DNA of 62,600 bases, counting the filler. It is 9 parts of 9 records of this genome, joined end to end, with 100 filler letters (N's around TTAATTAATTAA, not from the genome) between each part and the next. Parts side by side here need not be neighbours in the genome. Positions count along the whole stretch, not along the records: positions 1 to 10,497 come from SRR7504441_179; 8 more parts are not named here. One strand, written 5' to 3'. The notes below the pieces were generated by a model. It was given only the letters and a program-made list of their open reading frames with translations, searched no databases and was not told the DNA's origin. Within the stretch, counting starts at the first letter, position 1. Each line of letters begins with the position of its first letter. The translations under genes and the position numbers were made by a program. This document shows, one piece after another, positions 1 to 10,597 of this stretch.

Positions 1-1120
1 GGTGGCCCCGGCTGCACACCTTCTCGATCGGACTCAAGGGCAGCCCTGACCTGGCCAACGCTCGGCTGGTGGGCAGCAGCGCGGGCGGGCGTGAGCCGGG
101 ACAGGTGGCCGATTTCCTGGGCACGGCGCACCACGAGTATAATTTCACGATCGAGGAAGGGCTGGACGCGATCCCGGATGTGATCCAGATGGTGGAGACC
201 TATGATATCACCACCGTGCGTGCGTCCACTCCGATGTTTCTCATGTCTCGCAAGATCAAAGCCATGGGAGTCAAGATGGTCAGCCCGCACCGCCGTTGCT
301 GCATGACCGTTCCCGGCAGGTGCTGTCGGGCGAGGGCGCCGACGAGATCTTTGGCGGATACCTGTACTTCCACAAGGCGCCGAGTAAAGAAGAATTCCAC
401 GTGGAGACGTGCCACAAGGCGGGCAGCTCAGCTAGCGCTGCGTGACTGTGCGCAGGTGAAGGCTCTCCACATGTTTGACTGCAACCGCGCCAACAAGTCC
501 ACTTCGGCCTGGGGGGTGGAGGCGCGCGTGCCATTCCTGGATAAGGAGTTTGTGGCCTACTCCATGCAGATCGACCCAGAAGAGAAGGTCCTGATTGTCC
601 GCTCAACTGGCACTGACCGGCTGTGCATAGATGTGCAAGAACGGCCGGATCGAGAAGTGGATGCTCCGGAAGGCGTTTGACACCCCGGAGAATCCGTACC
701 TGCCTGAACAAGTCCTGTGGCGCCAGAAGGAGCAGTTCTCCGACGGGGTTGGCTACAGCTGGATCGACACCCTCAAGGAAGTCGCCGAATCGGAGGCGCT
801 GCCTGCTAACCCTGCAGTGGCTGACTTGTTGGCAGGTGACCGACGCTCAGATGGCCGCAGCCGCCAAGCGGTTCCCGGTCAACACCCCGGGCACAAAGGA
901 GGGGTACCGCTATCGCGACATTTTCGAGCAGAAGTTTGGTGCGCACAAGTCGGCGATTGATACAGTGCCGGGCGGCCCCACTGTGGCCTGCAGCACGGCC
1001 AAGGCGGTCGAGTGGGACGCTTCCTTCAAGAACATGGCTGATGCCTCCGGGCGGGCGGTGGGTGGAGTGCACAATGATGCCTACGCCCAGCCTGCAGCCA
1101 AGCGTGCCAAGACCGAGTGA
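1..1120 (+). CDS. ASNS: Glutamine-dependent asparagine synthetase, 3' part (5' end outside window); 5 introns at 69-104, 279-319, 419-455 (GC-AG), 588-630, 796-835 (GC-AG)
   Basis: Spliced translation gives [69 protein letters not shown] and [14 protein letters not shown]; stop TGA at 1118-1120. Confidence 0.96.
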
Positions 1121-1462
1121 TCTGCCCCGACATTGCGGTATACCGAAACGTAACCGAAACGAGGAACCTTGGATCGAACATGGTGGTGAAATGCTGTATG
1201 TACTATCACTAGACAGGCACTGCTGTACTTAGTCTTGCCAGCATTGCAACTTACTAGTACTCTACATCAGGGTCCACGCATGTCCACGGAGATCCAATTA
1301 AATTAAGTTAGAGATAAATGACTTGTATTTGATAGCAAAAATTTACGATTGCAATAAGAGAATGCCATCTAAATCTTCATCATTGAGTTGGGATGTACAT
1401 AGCAAGTAAAACTAGACAATGACATTGCACACAAGCTCACAGGCAAAGTACTCACAGGTTAC

Positions 1463-2875
1463 TCACAGGCTTGCAAAGAGCATGGCGTTTAGCAACGGGG
1501 CCTCCAAGCGTGGTACAACCAGGTTTCCACCATTGTAGTACACTTGATCCTCATCCAGCACATCGCCTCCACTGAGAATGACTATCGGCCAAACGGGATC
1601 TCCAGGATGGAAAGTACCTTTCAACTCTAAGCGGCTGAATTTGGTCAGGGAAACCAAGTCAGACGGCGATTGAAACAATGGGTCCACAGAGCACTGTCCT
1701 GTGCTGCATCTAAAGAGCAAGCAGGACCTCGAGCGCACCACCCCATGAAGCCAGTGCCCGTCCAAGGCCATGAGTGCAAACTGCTCACCTGCGGCCAAAT
1801 TGGCAGAATAACTCAGGCTGCAGCTGAAACCCTCCAGAGTCGTCGCATTCAGCACACCGTTGGTCAGATTCTGAGGAAGTCTCACGAGAGCTGTTGAATT
1901 CTGAAAACCGTCACTGGTCCCGGCGAGCTGTGTGTGCGGGGGCTGGTATGTCTTGTACTCCCAATCGGGCCGGCGGGGCTGCACATTTGGGGCCGCTCGT
2001 CTAAGGATCGGCACATCAGCTATGATCATTGTTCCTGTTTCTGTAGTGTTATATGGGCCCAAAATTTTCGCCAGGACCCGGCCTTTCGAGTAGATTCCGC
2101 TGCCTGCAGACCCCCACGAGTGTGCTGATTCTGCAGCCAATAGATTGGCCCCAGTCCCCCGGCTCCAGCCTTGCTGGATGCCCAGGCCGGGCAGCATTGG
2201 CGGCGCTGCAGTCACCCAGCCAACGGGGTAGACAAAATCGCTAATCCCCAGCAACGGATCAGCGGCCATCGCAGCTGCCGGCGTGCTGAACACTATGTCA
2301 AAGCAGGTGTGCATACCAAACCGGACCCCAAACTCTGTATCGAAATACACTGGATCTGCGGCCGGAGGGTAGGTGGCGTGTGTGCTCTCGCCTGCGCCCG
2401 GCGCGGGGTCGTATAGATGCATCTTGTGGTACTTGGCTAGCAGGCGACCCCCCGGACCCGCAGCCAGCTGAGTGTTGTAGTGCGCCTGGCCCTGGACGTC
2501 ACACAGGCAGAAGACCACCACCACACTGTACTTGCGAGCCAGGCAGCCCATCATCGAGGACACCGGAGCTGCCCCCGGCTGTACTTGCGAGCCAGGCAGC
2601 CCATCAGCGCTCGAGCAGAGATGCGCCCCTGGCTCCGGCGCCTGCTCGCACGTCGAGCGGTGGGCCAGCGCCGTGTCGGAACCGAGCGCACTCTCGCCAA
2701 ACACAATGATCTGCGCGCCCTGCCCAGCCGCCCTGCGCACGAAAGACTCGACCAGGCCCGCCTGAGTGGTGCTCGCGTTCTCAAACATGCCTTGCACCAC
2801 CGCGGCTCGATAAGTCTGGCCATCTGCGAGAGCCACCGCAGTGCACACAGCCAGCAGTCCCCAGCCGCGCCCCAT
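1463..2875 (-). CDS. Secreted vanin/biotinidase (pantetheinase)-like carbon-nitrogen hydrolase
   Basis: Signal peptide MGRGWGLLAVCTAVALA; nitrilase triad motifs IIVFGE, YHKMHLY, TCFDIVF; FDTEFGVRFG; GSGIY; vanin C-terminal region (FSCSLSY, LKGTF). Confidence 0.88.
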   Translation of the reverse strand: MGRGWGLLAVCTAVALADGQTYRAAVVQGMFENASTTQAGLVESFVRRAAGQGAQIIVFGESALGSDTALAHRSTCEQAPEPGAHLCSSADGLPGSQVQPGAAPVSSMMGCLARKYSVVVVFCLCDVQGQAHYNTQLAAGPGGRLLAKYHKMHLYDPAPGAGESTHATYPPAADPVYFDTEFGVRFGMHTCFDIVFSTPAAAMAADPLLGISDFVYPVGWVTAAPPMLPGLGIQQGWSRGTGANLLAAESAHSWGSAGSGIYSKGRVLAKILGPYNTTETGTMIIADVPILRRAAPNVQPRRPDWEYKTYQPPHTQLAGTSDGFQNSTALVRLPQNLTNGVLNATTLEGFSCSLSYSANLAAGEQFALMALDGHWLHGVVRSRSCLLFRCSTGQCSVDPLFQSPSDLVSLTKFSRLELKGTFHPGDPVWPIVILSGGDVLDEDQVYYNGGNLVVPRLEAPLLNAMLFASL

Positions 2876-2959
2876 CGTCTCGTCGGGCTCGAGATCAACT
2901 GAAAACGGCAACTGATCTGGGCCGGCAGCCCGGCACCAAGTAAGGACTGCGCATCGCAG

Positions 2960-3678
2960 ATGCCGGCCGGGCCGGTGGCGCGGGAGGCCGAGAGCTACGT
3001 GCACGACCGGCGGGCCTGGCGGGTGGGCTGCGGGGCCGCGCTCGGGGCCACGCTGCTCCCCGCGCTCACCCGCCGGCTCTGGGCCCCTGCGACGCTGGCC
3101 CTGAGGGTGCGGCGCGAGCTGATGCTCCCATTCTGGCTGCCGCGTGGGCGGGCCGGTAACGGGGCGCTCGGGGCGGCGGCCGGCTGGCTGGAGGACGACG
3201 CGGCCCGACGAGCGTGGGCCGACACAGCCAGGCTCGGGTACCCGCGCGAGCTGCAGCTGTGGGAGGCCCGGGTGGTCGCCCCGGCCGCGTTGACGCTGGT
3301 CCACCCGCTGCTCGGGCTCCGGTGCCTGCCCCGTGGTCGGTGAGCCTGAGGGCGGCGCAGGGTGCTAAGCGGAGAGCAGAAGGGGAGCGACTGTTGGATG
3401 GCCGGCGCAGAGAACAGACCGTTCAGATTGTGGCCGTTCTTTGCCATCGAGGCCGACGATGGCGATACCGAGGTTCGTCGTGAGCTGAGTGGGGGCTGCT
3501 CTTAGCTGGGGCAGGTGGCCAAGCTGCTGAGGAGAGTCGGAGATGGGTACTACGAGCCTGCAAGCGCTCGGTATCCGCTGGTGGTCAAGGAGGATAAGCT
3601 CGGTATCGACTCGGTATCCGCTGGTAGCATCGGGCCCCACGATCGATCGAGTGGGGCCGGTCTCGATAATACTAGTTG
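2960..3678 (+). CDS. Small hypothetical protein, probably 2 introns
   Basis: ATG 84 bp from the divergent vanin start; frame can be continued across ~40-nt GT-AG introns near 3336-3380 and 3473-3513 to TGA at about 3678; no family recognised. Confidence 0.45.
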
Positions 3679-3842
3679 ACTTAAAAGAATCCATGATAGA
3701 TCTGCCCATAACTACAGAGTCTCCATCTGGGCTCATTGTTCCTAAAAGAGGAAACTGGAAGGCAGTCCGCCCCTTCACAGTGACAGAGCACACGGCACGC
3801 CGGGAGCCTCTGGTTTGTACAAAGCGGCACACGCTCTCAAGC

Positions 3843-6800
3843 ATGGCATCGCGGGAACCATTGGTGTTGGTACTTCTGCGGGCGGTGCTCCAGGCGCTCC
3901 AGCTGGGCCACCGGCTCTTCTGCCGGCTCTGCTGGCTGCCGCTCCAGATCTATTGCAGGCTCGGGCTCCCACTGCTCCTCGACCTCGAACCACGGACCGT
4001 GCTCGAGCTCTGCTGCCGGGCCGTCCCGCGGTGCCTCCTGGCCTGTGCCGGAGTGGCCCTCGCACCTGGCCTCTGCTATCTGGTGCTGCGTCAGGTGTGG
4101 CTGGCCTCTGTGGCCGACTCGCGCTCGGCTGGGGCGCTGGGGGTGGCGGCGGTTGGCATCATGATCGTCGATGCGATCTGGCGCGGCTGTCGGGACGACA
4201 CGCGGGCGGATCGGCCAGCGCTCGCCCGGTTCCCGGCCGCCGTCTTGCAGAGCTGGTGCGACGTGTTTGTGATGCCGGCCGCCGTGGTGGTGGGGCTGGC
4301 GGTGGTGAGGAGCGGGGCACTCAGACACAGGATTTCGCAGGACCCGGCCGGATTTCGCCGGCTGACCTGCGAAGAGTGCGCCAGGAGCCTTGTCTACCTG
4401 GCCCTCTCCCCCTGCTACCTTCTGGTGCTGCTCAGCTCGCTGTGCCCTTGGCCTTCAAACGCCCCACTGTCCAGCCGATCCGAGACTCTGCACCAGGCGC
4501 TGTATCCGGATCGCCGGCTGCCCAACGAGTTCGTGCCGGAGCTGATTGTCGGGCAGAGCCTGGGGGTGCTCCTCGACCTGATTGGGCTGCTGTTTGCCAT
4601 CCCTGTGCTCCTCACGCTCTACCGGTCTCGCTTGCTCTGGAGGGAGCTGCACGCCGCCCAGTCCGTCGAGCAGCTGCGCTGGGTGTGCCTCCTGCAGTTT
4701 TGCGGGCTCTGCTGTGACCTGCCGTTTCTGGCCATGGCTATCCCTGTAGCGCTCTCCGTTTATCGGCTGCCGGCTCTCCTGACCGACTTCAGGCAGGCGG
4801 CTGATGTGCCTGCTGGGCGGGCTGTCGCAGCTGCCCAATTCCGGGCCCTCTGCGTGGATCTGCTCCTGGCGGCCCTGTGCGCCCTAACAGTGCTGCCGAC
4901 GCTCTACCGGATCCCCAGCCTACTGGCAATTCTGAAAGGGGACGGGATCCGCCGTGAGAAGGAGCGCCTCGTTCTCCTGCAGTGCTGGTGTGTATTGGTG
5001 GATGCACCGTTCTTTCTACTGGGCGCCGCCGCTTGCTTGTTTGTGTGGCGCCTTCCGGATGCCATATCCCAATTCAGAAGTAGCACCGATGTGGAACGGC
5101 GGAAACTGGCATGGAACACGTTCTTGGCAGGTTCCGCTGATATTCCCTTTATTGTCGCTGGGTTGGCAGCCTGTCTATTCTTATGGCGCCTGCCAGACGC
5201 TGTCTCAAAGCTCAGAAAAACCACTGACGCACCTACACGAAGGCAGCTGGCAATAGAGACGCTGTTTGCTGGGCTTTTGGACTTGCCATACATTTTCATC
5301 GCACTATTGGCTTGCTTGTTTGCGTGGCGCATGCCTCAGGCCCTAGTGCGCCTCAACCACGCCACAGACCAACAGACACGCCGATTGCTCGCACTCAGGT
5401 GGTTCGCGTTGGGTCTAGTGGATCTGCCTTGTGGCCTGTGTGCTTTAATCCTGCTGGGAACATACTACCGGTCGAAGTGTCTCTCATCTTTGGATGGTAT
5501 GGCTGAGGGCTGGGAGCTTACGTCCAGCTGTGTGACCAGATTCCATCGGTGCTGTTTTGACCAAATCACCGAACTGTGCAAGGACGCCCCGTGCCTACTG
5601 GTTGCAGTGATCCCATGCTGCGCACTGTGGCGTACGTCATGGTTTTTCCGGACCATGGCTGCGCTCTCACAGGCAGCAGAGCGGCGGCGTTTCACATTCC
5701 AGGCTGCCGGGCTGGTCACAGCTGATATTCCATGCTGCGCAGCATTTATGGTCGTGGTTTGCACCGTTTGGCGAGCGCGCATGCTCTTTACCAGCATCAA
5801 GAATAGACCTCGTGCAAATGGTGATACCGACTGGGAAGCAATGCTAGCATGGCACCGGGCAACTGCCACAGCACTGGCAGGATTGCTTGTTGAAAGTCCC
5901 TTTGTGATACTAATGTGGCTACCTCTGTGGCGCCTCCCAAAGATGTGGGGACAGTTATGCCAAATCGAAGACGAGACGCCTCCTACTGCGAGCATTGGTG
6001 CCAGACGGTGTATCGTTGCTCTCAAATACGTAGTGCTACCATGGGCAGACGTCATCTCACTAGTTGCTGGAGTTGTGGTCATCTGCACTGGATGGCAAGC
6101 TCGCACAATGGTCCGCTGCCTGTATGAGCACGAGGGTACGGGCGTGTTCAGTGTCCATCAAGAGGTCTTCCGTCACTTCTTCTTGTTTGTACGCGACATA
6201 CCGCTACTCTGTCTCCTTGGCCTATCGTGTCTAACCTTCTGGCGCATACCATCGGTCATTTCCTTGGTGCAAGATCTGCACCACGCATCCAGCATGCGAC
6301 AGAATATGCGCTCGGCGTCCAAGCTGGCTATATGTGCTGCTCTGGATCCTGTGTGCGCTTTCCTGGCGATACTGTTGCTGCTTTCATGGAGGTACCCTAA
6401 TGCCCGGCTCATCCTTACCGAAGCTCGAAGGCCGGATGCAGTACTTGGACAGTTCCACAGAGCTGCATTCATCGAGTTTGGTCAGCTACTTATCGATATT
6501 CCTTTTATCCTCCTGGCTCCCTTTGCACTGTGGAGATTTCCCTCCTTGGTGGCCGATTGCATCCACAAAGAATCTGCCAGAGCAATGCGCGCAAGTGTCC
6601 CAGCTGCAGTGCTCTGTGCATTGTTAGACATCCTGTCGATTCTTGTACTCGCTGTCATAGCATGCATCCCTTGGAGAAGCTTTTCGGTTATCGGAAAGAC
6701 TGTCATTGCATTCAAAGAAACCATGTGGCCAGACTCGGACTTCAACAAGCCGCCAGCAGTTGCTGTAAGCTTGGTCAGGGTATTCCTTCCAAAGGACTCT

Positions 6801-9800
6801 GAAGACCACGGGTTAGCTATTGAAGTCATAGGCTCCAAGCCAGCAGAGCTAGCTTTCAACTCGGCCAGCCTTCATTTGGAGGGTGCCATTTGGAACAGGC
6901 TCACAGATATGGTTGGGAGCTCTGCAGTCTCAGCTGCGAAACTAGCACTGCATCCTGTATCGCTCTGCCCGAGGTTCCTGGACTCTCAACAGTGTGTCGC
7001 CGGATCTACCGACTTCAAGGTCCAAATCCGGCTGGCTACTGGCCCGGAGCAACCTCGTTTGTCTCACCGCACCCTACTAAAACATGTGAACACATTGCTC
7101 GACTCGGGAGATTGCAAGTTCTGCATGCGGGTGAGCTACCAAGGAGGCCCTGCGACCTCAAATGAGTGTGCACCACGTGGAGCTCTCTTCCGATTTGGCC
7201 TTAAAGTAAGCCACATCGCTGCTGGCCACACAGAATTCAACCGCACTGAGAGTGAAGGGGCTGAACACCTGGACCTCTGTGAAGAGGTATGCAACATAGC
7301 AGACGGCGATCAAACCAACGACGAGCCATGTCCCTTGCACGTGGCTGCACTCACTAATACGATCTCTGCAGTAAGATGCTTGCCAGTAGAGCTAGGAGCA
7401 CTTATCCTGTGCCTACTGCCGCCTTTTCTATGCATACCGCAGGCTCTCTCACTGGTCTTTGGCATTGGCCGATTCAAAGTCCCTGATGAGCAGCGCACGA
7501 GCGCCTTGGCTGCCTGTTGCAAGGCAAGTGTACTGAATCTGCTCTCCTCGCTGATGCTATGTGGAGTGTTATTGACTCCGTGGAACACGCCTTGCGTTGC
7601 CAACACTATCTATGCGGCTGTGCGGCGCGGCGAAAGCTCGTACTTTCACGACAGGGCAGCCCGGTGTAGCAAATATGCTGTGATTAACCTACCATATGAC
7701 GTTGCCGGAGCACTGTGTGCCCTTCTCCCACCATTCGTCTGTCTACCTGAAGCCGTCAGCGTACTCTGCTCGCTAGGACCATGGGCAGTCAACCAAGAGC
7801 AACGAGCAAGCACTCTACTTTTGATGTGTAGGAGGTGCTGGCAAGATTTCAGGATTTCCTTAATTTGCTTGCTGACATTACTTTCTCTTTGGAGGCTTCC
7901 GAGTTTAGCTTACCGTCTATGGCTATGCAACACAGATGGGCGCTTTCGACGTCATGGTCGCCGCCAAGCTATTTTGGATGCAGCAGAGACTACACTACGG
8001 GACATTGTGCTTGATGTCTTGCAACTATTTCAACTGGTCTTCATCTTTAGCACGCTAGTGTCAATTCCAGCGTTCTTGCATAGAGTGTATCAGTTTGTGT
8101 CTTATTCTGGAGGCAAGTATCGTGACAAAACACTGCGGCGCTTGAGGCACCTAGCGCTACTCTCACAGAGGCAACCAGATCCAAGGTGGTTGCAAGGGGA
8201 CGAAGCTCACCTTGGATATCTGAGCACAATCCCCGAGGGCGTAGTCACTGATCATATGCTACCACAGCTCGACGCCCGTGGTCTCTGCTCTCTGGGCGGC
8301 TGCTGTCTTTCTTTAAATGCCCTCTGCGCCTCGAACGTGTACTGGGTTCCTTTGCATGCCCAAGACTTTGGAGAGCTGCCGCGCTTCGATCCATCTCTTG
8401 GATTCATCAAAACACTTTATCTGAAGAAGTTGATCGAGAAGCTGAATAAACGCAAGCTTCCCCAGGAGGAGATAGACTATCGCCAGGGCATCCGGTTTGT
8501 GGTTCACACGGAATTCTGTGGAGCGGTCGAGAGGTTGCCTCACTTTTTTCTCATACCACTCAAACTGGCTGGTTTTGTCTGCATTCCAGTCTTTGCCTTG
8601 TTGTGTATCAGGCACGAAATTGTACCACGCCTGCTTGGCTTGGATGGCATCCACCTGGATAATCACAGCATTTTTGGGCTGCAAGTTTTTCCATTACCTC
8701 TTAGATTCAGCGGACTGTTCCGCTTAGACTTTTGGCGTCTTCATTGGTTCTTCTTTTTGACCGTTGCAATAACCTGCCAAGCAGTTTTACATGATATCTC
8801 CAACCTTGTTACACTGTTCAACCTTGCACTTGTATTCATCGGAACAGCTGGGCTTCCTTTGGTGGCTCATCTGACTGGTTGGACTCCGGCTGTATCGACT
8901 ATAGGCGTTGTGCTCACAGGATCTCTCCTGCCTGCATTTGTGTTGCTTCAAATCTGTGTACTTTTATTTCCACTTGGCAGTGGGCACTGGTAAGGCCCTT
9001 GAAGCTGTGATACTGACAGTGTGTTATCCAGGGTCACGAATGACGGGATACAGCAGGCCACAGTCCAAATCATAGAGAGGGTGTTGGATATAGGTCATAG
9101 TGCAAGTCAGCAAAGCTGCGCAATAGGCGGTTGGATAACATATCAGCTGGAATGGATAGCTTCGTTCGCTTCTAGTCAGTTGCTCCCATACTTCTTATAT
9201 CTAAAACCCGTTGCTGAAGCCACGGGACTCATGCAGCTGGCGCGTGGCTCATGGCTCGCGGCTCGAGCAGGTTCAACTATTTACCCGATCTTTCTAACAG
9301 TGGACAGGTGAGCTCTCATGCCTAGGCTTGACCTTGATGCAACAAGCTACAGCAATTGTTGTATCATTTGACCCACAGCAATTGACGGTACAGTGGCTCT
9401 TCCCAGTGTTCAGACTTCTCAATCTCGAGGTTGCCACCTCGCATCTACTATATTAAGAGTTACGTGGCAGTATTTATTAGCAACCCTGGCATATCCGTTC
9501 GACATCTTGCTCCAGCTTGAAGTTCAGGTAAGCGGCCAGCATTCATTTGCCTCGACACTTGACAGGTGCTCAACTTATTTTGGACCGATGGAATCTTGTT
9601 ACAACACCGAGTTGTGCTGTATGCTTCTCGGGCAATCCTGTGGCTACTCACCTCAAAGGTGGTTATTCAGGTCAGCTGGCAATATAACGAACCCCAACAC
9701 TCACCGCGCACCTGGCAGATTATATGGAGTGTAGTTCTGATCACCGCGTGGAGACGTACGTTTCTGGCTCTGGAGAAGGCACTTCCAGGACTGAACCCGC

Positions 9801-10159
9801 TGCAGTTGTACCGCTGGCCGGTTGACCTGCTTGCGCGTCTCTTAGCAATTTTTCAGCAGTTGGCATTGGATCTGAATAAGTTGCTCATCCGATTTGCTAC
9901 TGGGACCATTGCTTTCTATGGTCGGATCTTGGAGCTGTCCACCAAGCTTTGTGCACATCTAGGCATTGTCGGCGATGTGTTGCTTGTGCCCGTCGCACTA
10001 ATATGGATGTTCTGGCCCCTGCATGTGCCCTTTCACATGGAGCAGATGTCGCTGTTATTTTCTGCCGTTCCATTTTCACTATGGCTATGCAATCAAGGCT
10101 TTCACATCATCAAGGCGAATTTTCAACCTGGAGGACGAGCAAAGATGAAGCGAGCATAA
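3843..10159 (+). CDS. Very large (about 2000 aa) polytopic membrane protein with many D-x-P...W/Y-R repeats and an F-box-like motif; 3 introns near the 3' end (about 8990-9031, 9308-9346, 9528-9565)
   Basis: Long ORF with recurring DLPF...WRLP/YR hydrophobic units; F-box-like LSTIPEGVVTDHMLPQLDARGLCSLGGCCLSLNALCASNVYW; GTAAGG/GTGAGC/GTAAGC donors link it to downstream ORFs ending TAA 10159. Confidence 0.75.
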
Positions 10160-10470
10160 CCAGTTACCTAGCTCAGTGCACAGGTAGTTACAGTTACGAA
10201 TTAGAGTAGTCACGGTGCACCGTAGCTATAGTGCACTGGTAGTGCACAACACTTATCATAGTGCTCACTAATCTTGTCATTGACTAGTCATGATTGTACC
10301 AATCATGGAAATGAGTCCGGCTGATCTATGAAAATCTCTATTGTGATGTAATTGTGATGCGTTCTTGTCTCGAGGCATGGCCACTTGGCGCCGAGCAGGT
10401 CCTGGTAAACGTAGACTACTTACTGCACACCGTATCTACACCGTATCAAAATCAGGCGAGTTCAAAAGTT

Positions 10471-10497
10471 ATAGAAATAGAAATAGAAATAGAAATA
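10471..10497. repeat. (ATAGAA)n microsatellite at a contig end
   Basis: atagaaatagaaatagaaatagaaata directly before the linker. Confidence 0.9.
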
Positions 10498-10597
10498 NNN
10501 NNNNNNNNNNNNNNNNNNNNNNNNNNNNNNNNNNNNNNNNNTTAATTAATTAANNNNNNNNNNNNNNNNNNNNNNNNNNNNNNNNNNNNNNNNNNNN
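10498..10597. other. Artificial contig linker (same linker at 15467-15566, 23035-23134, 30650-30749, 34434-34533, 43324-43423, 47743-47842, 57153-57252)
   Basis: Identical 100-nt N44-TTAATTAATTAA-N44 spacer that stops all six frames. Confidence 0.99.

Noticed and set aside
10471-10497. (ATAGAA)n as a telomere
   Set aside because: Only about 4.5 units, lacks G/C runs, seen at one contig end only
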